Position numbers and translations under genes: made by a program
Source: Prasinococcaceae sp. CCMP 1430
Taxonomy: Eukaryota > Plantae > Prasinodermophyta
Direction: 5' to 3'
DNA length: 57,376 bases
NCBI GenBank assembly: GCA_013416795.1
Contig: RQSC01000635.1
Coordinates: 1 to 57,376, forward strand
The notes under the pieces: generated by a model
What the model saw: the letters and a program-made list of their open reading frames with translations, nothing else
The model's database searches: none
What the model was told of the DNA's origin: nothing
Part shown: positions 41,571 through 57,376 of the stretch, in pieces
Position numbering within the stretch: position 1 is the stretch's first letter
Layout of the letters: each line of letters opens with the position of its first letter

Positions 41571-44500
41571 ATGACCTTCCCGACGGACGTCGAAGCGGCG
41601 GCATGGGCGGAGTCGCCCGCGCTGCTGCTCGTCGGGGCAGAGCGCGCAGATGTGCGCACGCTCTCATACGCCGCGTTGCACGAACGCGTGTCGTGTGTGG
41701 CCACCCGGCTCGCTCTCTCGCTTGCAGCCGGTGCTTGCGCTGCGAACGCGCGCGTGTGCGTGGTCTCTGGGGCGGACGGCGACGGCGTGCCGCCCCTAAC
41801 GACGGTGCTCGCGCACCTCGCCGCATGGCGCGCAGGTGCGGCCGTGGTGCCGCTGGATGCGCATTGGCCTGCTCGTCGCGCCGCAGCGGTTGTGCGCGCC
41901 ACCGGCGCAGCGGCTGTCATCGCGCCGCGCGGCCGCGGCCGCGCGGTCGCCGAGGAGGCGCTTGCGCTTGCGGGGTTGGATGGAGCCTGCGTCGTGCTCG
42001 ATGCTGATGAGCTCGCGCGTGCCACCGACGAGCATGTGGCCGACGCGAACGCATGCTCTCATGATGACTGCGCTGTCGCTGGCGACAGCGGTAGCAGCCA
42101 CGGCGGAGGCGGCGGCGGCGGAGGCGGCGGAGGAGGAGCAGGAGGAGGAGGAGGAGGAGGAGAAGGAAGAGGCGACTGCGACCTCACGCGTGAACGCAAA
42201 CGTCCTCTGCCTATGGCAAAGGAGCTCTCGTTGCTGCCCTCGCGCGTGGACGAAACGGCGCTGGCACATGTGGTGTTTACGAGCGGCACGACGGGCACTC
42301 CTAAGGGCGTGCTGTGCGAGCGCGGCCACTTGGCCGCCTACGGGGCCGCACGGCGCAAAGCCGAAAGGCTCCTTCCCGGTGACGTCGTGCTGGCGGCGTC
42401 GGCACCAACCTTCGACCCTTTCCAGGCGGACCTGGTCGCCGCGCTCGGCTGCGGCGCTGCACTCGCCCTCGCACCTCGATCCGAAGTGCTCGCAGACCCG
42501 CTCGGCGTGTGCGTGGCGGTCGGCGCGACGCACGTCACGACGACTCCGGCTGCGTGGGTGGCGGCGGTGGCCGGAGCCGCCGCTACAAGCGCTCGCGCAT
42601 CGCAGCTCGCCCCGCCAACTCTTCGCGTGCTCTCCATTGGCGGCGAGGCCATGCCGCGCACGATGCTGGAAGCGTGGCTTCTCGCGACGTCGGCGACGGG
42701 TGGGCGCGACGGTGACGACCACGGGCTCGAGCTGCGCAATGTCTACGGCGTCACCGAGTGCTGCGCCTACCAGACTGCACGCGCGATGTGCCGTGGCGAC
42801 AGCGCGCGTCATATCGGCGCTGCCTTGCCGTGCTGTGATATCGACCTGCTCCGCGGCGGCGCGTACGTCCCTGCGAAGACCGCCACCTCTTGCGGCGTTG
42901 GTGCTGCTGCGCCATCAGCTGCCATCATCGCTCTCGCTGCCCTCTCCGACCCCGCGGTCGATGCGCACGCCGTGGCGATCGCAGGCACGGGAACGGACAC
43001 GGGTGCTGCGCTCTCGCCTGCGGGTGAGCTTTGCATCCGCGGCCAGACGCTCGCGCGCGGCTACCTCGATGATGATGCCCTCACGGCCGAACGCTTTGTG
43101 GTGGGAGTGGCCTCCGAAGGCATCCCAGGCGCGAGTGCGCGCGGGCGCATGCAACGACGCTACCTCACGGGTGACATCGCGTGTCTTGATGCAAGCACGA
43201 AAGGGGACGGTTCGCTCGTGCTGCTCGGGCGGCGTGATGACCAGGTCAAGGTGGCGGGCGCACGAGTGGAGCTTGGAGAGGTACGCACGGTCCTGCAGAT
43301 GCGCGCCCGAAGCTCGCGCGTGCGCCAAAGCCCATTGTCAGAGCTCGCGCTCGCGCTCTCTGTTCTTGCCCCGAGCGCCTCTGACCGCTGGCACCAATGC
43401 GCGCATATCCACGGTTGCATTCGCAGGTCGACGCAGCCCTGCGGGAATGCTCGCTGGTTGACGCCGGCCTGGCAGCGGCGGTGGCCCTGCCGCGCGACGG
43501 CTCGGGCGCGGTGCTCGTCGGGCTCGTTGCGCCCGCGCGAGCGCCGGGCGGCGTGGCCCCGCATGCATGGGATGCGCTGAGCGAGCGTGTCGCGCGCTGT
43601 GTCGCCGCTCGTCACCTGCCTATGTACGCTGTCCCCGCACGAGTACTGGCGCTGCCGACCTCCCCATGCGACGACAACTCTGGTCCTGCGCTACCCTTAA
43701 ACGCCAACGGCAAGGTCGACAGACACGCGCTTCGATCGTTTGCCGAGGCAGCGGTGAGCTCCAGTGCGGGCGCTCGCTCAGCGCGAGCAGGAGATGAAGG
43801 ACCATCTACCACGCAGTCGTTCGATCGCCCATATGAGGCGACTGTGCGGTCGGTGTGGCGCTCGCTAGGCCTCAACCCGCGCTCACCGAACGACGGCTTC
43901 GCGTGCCTGGGCGGTGACTCCCTCATGGCAGCGCGCGCGGCCAAGATGCTGCACCATAGGGCGACGGGCGTCAAATTCGACGAGAGCGCGCCAGAGGATG
44001 TGCGTCTCTTCGGCATGGTCCGCGGCGCATTCGCCGCGGAGCACGTGATCGCGAAGTCCAGCCTGCGCGAGTACGCTGCTTTCGTGTCATCGGCGCAAGA
44101 GAGGGAGCAGACGGAACGGCAAGCGGCCGGCGGCGCCGGCCTTGCCGAAGCCGGGGGGCAGAGTGCAGATGGGGTCGAGGCCGCTGCCGCTCTTGACATT
44201 GACATTGATGCAGATAGCGAGGCCACCGAGGCGGACGTGCTGCTCGCGGATGCGGCGGCTGCGTGCCGGCTGGACGCGCTCATATCGCTGCTGCACGATG
44301 GCGGCGCGTCGCCCGATGGGCCCTGGCGCCGAGTCAACAAGACGCGGCCGCACGCGCTCGAGGCGAATACGCCGGCAGACTTGCACGCGCCACCACCACC
44401 ACCGCAGTCCGCACTGCACGCTGCAGCGGCGGCAGGCTTCAACGAGGGCGTGGTTGCACTATTGCGTGCGGGCGCCACAGTGCAGGCACGTTCCGCTGCA

Positions 44501-44947
44501 GGCACACTGCCGGCGCATCTCGCCGCTGCCTCACGCGCGCCTGGCGCGGTGGCGACGCTGCTCGCGCTGCTCGAGGCGGGTACTGCACCGCGCTGCACGG
44601 ACAACAACAAACAGACGCTGCTGCACTGGTGCGCACGCGGGGGCAACGTGGGCACGCTCAACGCCGTGCTCGCCACCGGGCAGCTCGCCGTGGACTCATA
44701 CGACCGCTGGCACCGCACGCCGCTCTCCTGGGCCGTCGTCAACGGCCATGGCGACGCCGCGCGCGCGCTGCTCGCCGCCGGCGCGTCTGTGCGCGCTCGT
44801 GCCAAGACCAAGCGCGGCAACCTGAGCAAGAGCGCCCACATGCCCGCGGAGGGCCCGCTCGCGATCGCACTGAGGCTCGACGACGGCAGCGCGGAGCGCA
44901 GGGCGCTCGTCGAGATGCTGCGGGCGCATGCGAATGCGCAGCAATAG
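41571..44947 (+). CDS. NRPS-like adenylation - carrier protein - ankyrin repeat protein (AASDH-like A domain)
   Basis: Exons 41571-43280 and 43427-44947. A-domain cores FTSGTTGTPKGV, TFDP, NVYGVTE, GELCIRGQTLARGYL, YLTGD, LGRRDDQVKVAG, NGKVDR; PCP LGGDSL; ankyrin repeats (ALHAAA, LLHWCA, TPLSWAV..GH). Confidence 0.9.
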
Positions 44948-45608
44948 CCATAGTAGCATAGGTGCACAAAAGTTTGAGTCAGAGAAACTGGGCGTCGCGG
45001 CCGCATCGCCGCGCGCCGCACGCGCCTGCGCGTGCACATGAGACCCGATGCTCGCGCTCGTGTGCCCCTGCCGCGTGTGCGCGTACTGCAGCGCCCCTCT
45101 CGCCCCCGCTTGTGACCCCCCCCCCCCCACCCACACACCCACACCCACACCCACACCCACACCCACACACAAAAGTGGGCCTTCCGTTGGTGAGGTTGGT
45201 CGCATGCCACACTGAGCGTATACGTATACGTAGACGCAAATTTAAACCCTAAACCCCAAACGAAAACCCGTATGAGGCCGGCGCGTTGCTCCCGGCGGTT
45301 CCCCCACGCGCGCGCGGTTTCACCGCGAATTACCGGGCGGTCGAGGGTCGAGTCACTACTGGCGGTGCAGTGCAGTGCAGTGTGCGGTGCGGTGCGAGCG
45401 GCGCGCGAGGCGCAGGCGCTGCGCGCAGGCGCTGATGCGCTGCGCTGCGCGCCGCGGAGGGCGCGGGCGCCGCCTCGGGCGCAGCGCCCAGGTCCCACCG
45501 CGCGGCAGTGGTGAGTCCACGCCGACGCGCTCCGCGACGCCGCGCCACACCGCGCGCGCGCGGCGGGACGCGCGCGAGGCCCGTGCCGCACCCGGCTCCC
45601 CCAAAGCC

Positions 45609-47885
45609 ATGGGCCGCGGCGGGGCGGGCGGCGCCAAGCCGGAGGCGCCGTGGTGGAGCCCCAAGGAGCTCGCCGGCAAGCTGACGTTCAAGGTGCCGCA
45701 GTCGGTCGCCATCAGGGGTGCGTGCGAACGCCGCCTCTGCCAGCTCGCTGGCGGCCGGCGCTGCCACCGAAGCCGACTTTGCTATCGTCCCGGCTGCTGC
45801 TCCCGCTGCCGCTGGCACCTTGGCCGCGCCGATGCTCTTGCCACATAGGCTGACGACAGCGCCTCATGCCTGAATGACGCAAACGCCACAGACTGGCGTG
45901 TTGGTGGGCTTCAGGTGGTCCTGCAGGTGGCCATCATTTGTTACCTCGCGTACAGCCTCTTCGTCGGGCAGTTCTGGCTGGTCACCGAGGAGCCGTTGGG
46001 CTTCCAGACCCTGTATGTAGAAGCACCGCGTCGCTCGGGGGCCGTGACGAATGCCATGCGCGAGGCCGCCACCGGCGAGCTCGCTGCGGATGTGCCTATG
46101 TGCCTGCCGTCTGCTGCGGGCTTCCCACACAACTTCACGTGGAGTGCAGGATGGCCCTACAGCTTCGAGGGTGCGTGCGCGGCCGGCGGGCGCGTCGGGC
46201 GGGGGGTAGTGAGGGAGGGGCAGCACGCGCTGACGCGACCGCTCGCTGCAGGTTGCGTGTTCACTACCACAGCGCAGGCATACTCGAAAACTTCGGACTC
46301 CTTCTTCATCACGACCAGTGTGGAGGTGACTGAGGTGGTCAAGGTGGATGCGCCGCGCTTCAAAGTATCGAATGCTGAGTGCGCTGAGGCGCTGCGAAGA
46401 GCCGAACTCAAAGGTTTGGACCTGGCGCCGTGCGGCGAAGATGTGGACGCCGCGGCGTCATGGCGTCCAACAGGCGGTATCAATGGCGAGTGTTTCTGTT
46501 CGCACCGCGCGCCGTACATCATGCCGGGCGCTGAGGAGGTGAAACTGTCCGTGGATCACGCGTTCGTAGCTCAGTCTGCAAGCGGGAACGCACCAGTAAC
46601 GCGGGTGCGGCTCGAGGGCAACAGCACTGACCTGGCGACCTTCGAAGCTCAGGAGACGATTACCTTCACCTTGAAAGACCTCCTCGGATGGGTGCACGTC
46701 GACTTGGACTCGCCTGCTGACACCGGCGACAACGCGGAGTGGCTTCTCCTTACCAACCTTTGCCGCAACGATTGCGGCGATGGTCCCGACGGCGTGTGCA
46801 ACGACGGCGGGCCGGGCTCGGCGGATAGCACCTGCGACCTTGGCACCGACTGCTCGGACTGCGGCGCACGCAAAGTGAACCAGGCCTTGCAGGGTACAAG
46901 CGGGATGGCGGAAGGCAAGTTCCCGACCCCGAGGTTGAGCGGCTTGAGCGTGCAGGCCTCGATGAAGTACTACAACTACAACTTGCACGACGATACCAAG
47001 CAGGGCGACAGCACGACGGCCCCGGTGTGCATCATGGAGCTGCGCCCGACCATCAAGTGGGTCTCTTTGGGCGACAAGGAGCCCAACACAGTGCGAGACT
47101 TGGAAGAGTACAAAGGCCTTTACCCGTACGGCGTCCAAGTCATATTCACCAGCACCGGCCAGATTGGCCGCTTCGACTTCCCGACTTTCCTTACCGCCCT
47201 GGTGAACGCGGCGGTCCTGCTCGGCGTGACGGTCACGATCACCAAGGTGGTGTCACAGCACCTCATGGGCCAGCGCTCGAAGCTGTACAAGCGCTACATC
47301 GACCGGGAAGTGTCCTTCGATGAGGAGTACGCTGCCTTTGCGCTTCAGGCCATCGCTGCGGGCAAGGTGTTCGACCTGCTGGACCACGACGGCGGTGGCA
47401 GCCTCTGCCGCGACGAGCTCAAGGCCGAGCTCGTTCGCAACTTCGGCGACATGCTCACCCCCGACGAGATGAGCGTGCTGATAGACTTCGTCTTCAAGTA
47501 CGCGAATAAGGAGGCCGAGAGGATCGCCGAGAACGCCCAGGACAGCGGCGCGCAGGACGCCAAGGGCGGCGCCGCCAACCTCAGCACGAGCGCGGACGGG
47601 GACCAAATTGACAAGAGGGCCTTCGTCGAGCTCTTCTGCCACGGCCCCGCGGACGCCGCGGGCCTCGGCGCGCTGGCGGCCGCGCGCCTCGAGAGGCACC
47701 CTTCCGCCGTGGGCTCTGGCGCCAACGCCAACGCCAGCTTCTACGACCTCAGGCAAGGGGGCGGCCCCGCCGCGGGCTCTGGCGCCAACGCCGACGCCAG
47801 CTTCTACGACCTCAGGCAAGGGGTAGCCCCCGCCGCGGGCTCTGGCGCCCCCGCCGACGACAGCTTCTACGACCTCGAGCAGTAA
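45609..47885 (+). CDS. P2X-family ion channel with C-terminal EF-hand and terminal tandem repeats
   Basis: Exons 45609-45717, 45892-46170, 46252-47885. Splicing gives VAIRDWRVGGLQVVLQVAIICY (P2X TM1 entry), EEPLG after TM1, YGVQVIFTSTGQIGRFDFPTFLTALV (pre-TM2/TM2), EF-hand DHDGGGSLCRDEL. Confidence 0.8.
47711..47882 (+). repeat. 63-nt coding tandem repeat, about 2.7 copies (GSGANAxASFYDLRQG....A)
   Basis: Units start at 47711, 47774 and 47837. Confidence 0.92.
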
Positions 47886-47984
47886 GAAGCTCTTAGCGGT
47901 CGGCGGCGCCCGGGCGACGGGATGACGACTCGATCCTGCGTATTTAAGGTTGATGCCATGTAGGGTTTACACTCTTCCAACATC

Positions 47985-52815
<4,831 letters not shown>

Positions 52816-52910
52816 TGAGCTCGCGCCTGCTCGGATGCGAGCAGGCCCGTTGTGTATACGCCACCGTATTGCGTCGAACGCGCACGCGCGCGCGAGTGTG
52901 GCGCAGGCAC

Positions 52911-54456
52911 CTACGAGCACGCCAAGAGGGCCCTCTTGATGATTGGTTCCATCTTGGTTTTGGCCCCGCAGGCGGCGTACACCTGTGCAGCAGCCTCCAC
53001 GTGAACCTTTGCTCCGTCCGTGTCGCCTACGTGCGCGAGCGCGAGCGCCGATGCCAGGCGCGCATCACCGACCAAAGCGTGCGTGCCGCCGAGCACCTCG
53101 CTGCGGAGCGCGCACGCGTCCTGCAGCATCGCCACGACCTCAAGCAACTGACTTTCCTGAAGCGGAAAGTGCGCATCCGCGCCCCCCTGCGCGTGCGCGT
53201 GCACACCACCGTCCTCGCCTCCCGCGCCCCCCAGCTCGCTCTCCTCACCCTCGTCCTCCTCTTCGGTTACCTCTCCGCCATGCTCGGTAGCACGCTTCAG
53301 AAGGACGCCCGCGTCGGCGCCGAGCACGAGCGTCGTAAGCGCACGAAGCCAGATGCGCACGACGTGGTCGTTGCACGAGAGCGCCTTCTCGGTGTCTCCA
53401 TCCGCCTTGAAGACCTTGCTGAGATTGTAATACCCGAGGCTGGTGCGCACGTCCTCTGGGCCATGCTCCAACGCGCAATAGTACACGTCCTCTGCGAAGG
53501 CCGCCAGCGCGTCCGCTGATTTGCCTTGGCTGGCGTACAGCTGGCCGTAGAGCCGCGAGAGCTGCGAGCGCATGGCGTTCGTAGTTGCCGTGGGCTCCTT
53601 GAGCACGAGCCAGCTGGCCAGCCCCAGAAAATCTTCGCACTGCTTGGAGCGCCCGAGCCCCAGATTTGCCTGCGCGGCCTGCAAGTACAGCGGGAAAAGC
53701 TGTGGCGCGGACGAGGGTTTGAAGAGCGCCTGGCCCTGCCGCACGGCGCCGAGCGCGGCGGGTAGCGCGGCGTCGTACGCGCCCATGGTCATCAGGTGCG
53801 CGGCCTCCTCCGAAGCGAGCTTGAGCAGCGCGAGCTTCAAGGGCCGTACCAGCTCAGGGCGGCGGCGATCCGACAGCAGCACCTCCACGGTCTCGGCGGA
53901 CAACAGCGTGGTGCCTTGCATGCCGCTACCATCGGGCGGCATGCCCAGCGCCGCGCAGGTGTGCGCAACGTCCGAGCGCACAGTATGCACCTGGACGTTT
54001 GATGGGCGTTGGGTGGATGGGCGAGTGGGCGGGCGAGGGGAGGGGGTTGGGCGCAAGGTAGGGGCGCGACAACTGGTCAGTGTTCGTGGGCCGACGGGGT
54101 GCACTACGCGCCGCCGCGCGGGCGCGTGTCGACGGTCCTTTCGCATGCAGGGGCGGGCGGGCGGGCACATGGGGCAGTGTGCCTCCTCGCCCCCTTCCAA
54201 CGGCTTGCCCTCGCACGCGCGCGCCCGCTGTTCGTCTGCGTGCGTGCGCGCTCACCTTGGCGTAGCGCCCCACGCGCAACTCCTTGGTGAAGGTGACCGG
54301 CGACTCCTGGAAGAGCTTGGCAGCCACCTCCGCCGTGGCGAAGAGCCGCCCCTGCGACGTGTGCAGCAGGTGCAGCCGCGCGTCTCCCAACGTGATCGCC
54401 GTGTACGGCACCTCGCCCACGCCGCCGCCGCCGGCGGACGCGCCGTGCCACGCCAT
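52911..54456 (-). CDS. ZMYND12-like TPR protein (flagellar-type) lacking a visible MYND finger
   Basis: Exons 54456-54256 and 53990-52911. LFPLYLQAAQANLGLGR, EDFLGLASW, LSRLYGQLY, EDVYYCALEHGPEDVRTSLGYYNLSKVF match the ZMYND12 C-terminal region. Start may lie in the adjacent gap. Confidence 0.75.
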
Positions 54457-54675
54457 CGCGCGCGGGTGCAGGCGCGCAGTTGCGGCGCGCAGNNNNNNNN
54501 NNNNNNNNNNNNNNNNNNNNNNNNNNNNNNNNNNNNNNNNNNNNNNNNNNNNNNNNNNNNNNNNNNNNNNNNNNNNNNNNNNNNNNNNNNNNNNNNNNNN
54601 NNNNNNNNNNNNNNNNNNNNNNNNNNNNNNNNNNNNNNNNNNNNNNNNNNNNNNNNNNNNNNNNNNNNNNNNNNN

Positions 54676-56359
54676 CGCTCGGCGAGCGCGTCTCGGCCGG
54701 GGGCGCGGCGAGCGTCGCGCACCGCCCGCTGCCGCCCGTGCCCGAGGGCCTCGCGCCGGACGCGGTGACCATAGCGCTGTGCTACCAGTACATCGAGCCC
54801 ATGTGGACCAAAAAGGAGCACAAGGCCGCCCTCTCCAAGCTCAACGCGCTCGCAGCGCAGCACGCCGTCACCGGCCGAGGGCGATGCGCCCGAGAGGGCA
54901 TCAACTGTACGCTCACCGGCAGCGCGGGCGGCCTGCGCTCGTTCTGCTACGCGCTGCGCGAGTGGGCGCCCGAGCACTTCTCGCAGACCGACTTCAAACT
55001 CACCGATGGCCTCGAGGCGCGCGTGGCCTTCAAGTCATTCTCGCTGCACAAGAAGGATGAGCTCGTGAACTACGACTTGGAGCACGAGAAGGCGCCGTCC
55101 ATCGGCCGCCACGGCGGCGTGCACCTCGACGCGCTGGAGTACCACGAGAAGATGAAGCAGGGCGACACGGTGATCATCGATGTGCGCAACGCGTATGAGA
55201 GCGCCATCGGCCACTTCCAGCCACCGGAGGGCGGCGCCACGCTCATCGACCCCAAGATGCGCAACTCGAGCGACTGGGCCAAGTGGCTCGCCGACAGGAA
55301 AACGCGGCAGCAGCTGCAGAACAAGAGCGTCATGCTCTACTGCACCGGCGGCATCCGCTGCGAGCGCGCCAGTGCGCTGCTCAACCAGATGGTGGAGAGC
55401 GACCCGAGCTTCAACGTGCGCGAGACCGTGCAGGTGCGCGGCGGCATCGAGAGGTACCTGAAGACGTTCCCAGAGGGCGGGTTCTGGAAGGGGAAGAACT
55501 ACCTCTTCGACAAGCGGCAGGAGCAGAAGCCCGAGCTCAAGTCGGACGACGCGCTGGAGGGCGAGGTCGAATCTCAGTGCTGCGTGTGCGAGCGCACGTG
55601 GGGGGTGTACCGCGGTCGCTACAAGTGCGGCGTGCGCGAGTGCGGCGTGCCGGTGATCGTGTGCCCGCGCTGCGTGACATCGGCGAAGGAGCAGCCTGGC
55701 AAGCTGCGCTGCCCGCTCTGCGTGGAGGGCTACAGGGCGCCGACGCTCGAGCCCGACCTGGTGGGCATGAAACGCCGGCTGGGCGTGACGGGCGTCGAGT
55801 CCGCTGGGGCCGAGCAGGGAAACAAGCGCGCGCGCGTCGACGAGCGCCGGCAGAGGATCGCCGATGCAGCTGCTGACGCCGCGGCGTCCGACGCCGAACA
55901 TGCCAAGGTGCGCGCGCGCGCGTGCGAGTGCGCGAGCGAATGCAGCAGAGGCCACGCGCGCGTGCTGACGTTCCCTCCCTTTTGCGCACTGTGCGGATGC
56001 CGTCCGTCCGCCGGGCCCGTTCGCCGGCGCAGCGCTTGTACGTGCGCCAAATCCCGCTGGTAGTGAGCGCCACCAAGCTGCGCGAGGCGCTGGGCGGTGG
56101 CGTGGAGCTCGTTCAGTGGCTCGCGGACAAGAAGACGGGCGCGTTCTACGGCGCGGCAATCGTGCGCATGGCGAGCGTCGAGGCCGCGCGCGAGCTGGTG
56201 GCGCGTGCGGCCGACCCGAGCGGCAAGGGGCTCAGGGTGGCTGGCAGCAAGGCCAAGAAGCGCCTGCAGGTGGCGCTCGCGCAGCCGCCCAAGGACGGCG
56301 ACGCGTGGCCGCCACCCGGCTTCGCCGAGCAAGAGTTCCCGCCGATTGGCTCCGGCTGA
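54676..56359 (+). CDS. TrhO/YceA (UPF0176) rhodanese-domain protein with C-terminal RRM; 5' end in gap
   Basis: Exons <54676-55907 and 56033-56359. GRGRCAREGINCTLTG, IIDVRNAYESAIGHF, LYCTGGIRCERAS, GGIERYL, WKGKNYLFDKR, Cys-rich tail; exon 2 RLYVRQIP...FYGAAIVRM is RRM-like. Confidence 0.85.
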
Positions 56360-56415
56360 GGCGCCTGTGGCCGACCCCACCCCACCCATCCCTGTACTGT
56401 ACTGCGTGTATCAAA

Positions 56416-56420
56416 TGTAA
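56416..56420 (+). promoter_or_regulatory. TGTAA polyadenylation signal candidate of the TrhO-like gene
   Basis: TGTAA 56 nt after the stop, in the short convergent gap before TL17. Confidence 0.5.
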
Positions 56421-56437
56421 CGAAAGCGGAGCTCCTC

Positions 56438-57322
56438 TCAGTCGCGGCAGCCAACGTAGAAGCGCGACATGTCCTTGAGCGTGGGGTTGGCGCAGATGCG
56501 CTTGCTGTCCTCGGTGCCCACGATGGCCCCCTCCCAGTCGGTGTCCGTCAGGTCCGCGCCCTCGAACTTGTCGGCAGAAATGACGGCTCCCCTGAGGATG
56601 GCGCCCGTGAGGTCGGCCTCCTTGAAGTCCACGCCCTGGATGACGGCCGAGCTGAGGTCGGCGCCGCGGAAGCTCGCGCCGTCGGCGTACGAGGAGCTAA
56701 TCACGATCTGCTGCATCTGCGCGTTGTCGAACTTCGCCTCCACCATGACGGCGCCCTTGAGCGTGAGCTCCTGCAGGGTCTGGCCGGTGTAGTCGCACCC
56801 GCGCATGTCGGAGTACCTCCTGCCCGCGCTGGAGCTCTCGGTGCCCAGCAGGTCCGCGTTCACGGCGTCGGCGCAGCGCATGGGATCCGAGCTGGACTCG
56901 CGCAGGTTGAGGCCGTACAGCTCCTCGGCGGCCGCCGGCGACACGCAGCCCGCGGAGAGCGCCACCGAGAGCGCCGCCGCGGCGAGCGCGGGCGCGCCGA
57001 GCGCGCCCAGCGACGCCACGAGCGCACGCGAGCGCGCCGAGCGTGAGCGCGCCATCGCGCCTGGGGCGGGCGCACGAGCCCACAAGAGTGGCATGGGCCT
57101 CCCTGTTGGCCAGTCGCACGCACTCGCTCACTCGAACACGGATGTGTTCAGTTTCAATGGCGTTTGATGTGGTGCATGCTTCCTGATGACCGTCGTGGAG
57201 GGCGCGCGCGGCACGCGCGCGGTCGCCACCGTGCAGACACAGCACGCACCCTGCCCAGCCCCGCCTGAGGCGCGAGGGCGGTGCGCGCGAGCCGCCACGG
57301 TGGCGATGGCGTCAACGGGCAT
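56438..57322 (-). CDS. Thylakoid lumenal pentapeptide-repeat protein, TL17 (17.4 kDa) type
   Basis: Proposed exons 57322-57250 and 57102-56438. Lumen signal ending PAAA; RCADA..DMRGCDY, pentapeptide repeats (ASFRGADLS, ADLTGAIL), C-terminal KRICANPTL..R..GCR. Confidence 0.85.
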
Positions 57323-57376
57323 TGCCTCGATGGCGGCGGCGCGGCCGCGCGCGGCGGCGGCCGTCGCGCATCGCGC

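Noticed and set aside
40756-47885. Secondary-metabolite gene cluster around the NRPS-like gene
   Set aside because: Neighbours (TSR2, P2X, a small thylakoid-type protein) are functionally unrelated; no tailoring enzymes, PPTase or transporter are adjacent.

Overview
This is nuclear DNA of a very GC-rich (roughly 70% by eye), gene-dense green alga. The prasinophyte-grade assignment is an inference from plant-type RpoT, EHD, TL17, BASS and PPR-SMR genes, GTGCG/GTGAG...CTGAC...AG spliceosomal introns and TGTAA polyadenylation signals. About 25 protein-coding genes can be supported: MND1, TRAPPC13, BASS, an IMPACT fusion, a 3D-domain protein, RpoT, CRTISO-like, FBXO9-like, RPA1, EHD, a SAM methyltransferase, a ShKT protein, an ER thioredoxin-fold protein, DUF5695, TSR2, an NRPS-like protein, P2X, a PPR protein, ZMYND12-like, TrhO-like, TL17 and several unknowns. 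I found no rRNA, tRNA, CRISPR array or recognisable transposon. The most striking signals are unusual domain architectures: (1) a phage-type organellar RNA polymerase with two AP2/ERF-like domains inserted in its N-terminal region, (2) a PPR-SMR protein continuing into an XRN-type 5'-3' exonuclease domain, (3) an RNF25-like RWD-RING-H2 fused to the IMPACT domain, and (4) an AASDH-like A-PCP didomain ending in ankyrin repeats. There are also introns with complementary (GT)n/(CA)n ends and a bacterial-type 3D-domain gene. All domain calls are by eye from remembered family motifs; no database search was run. Assembly gaps and three apparent single-G deletions limit some gene models.
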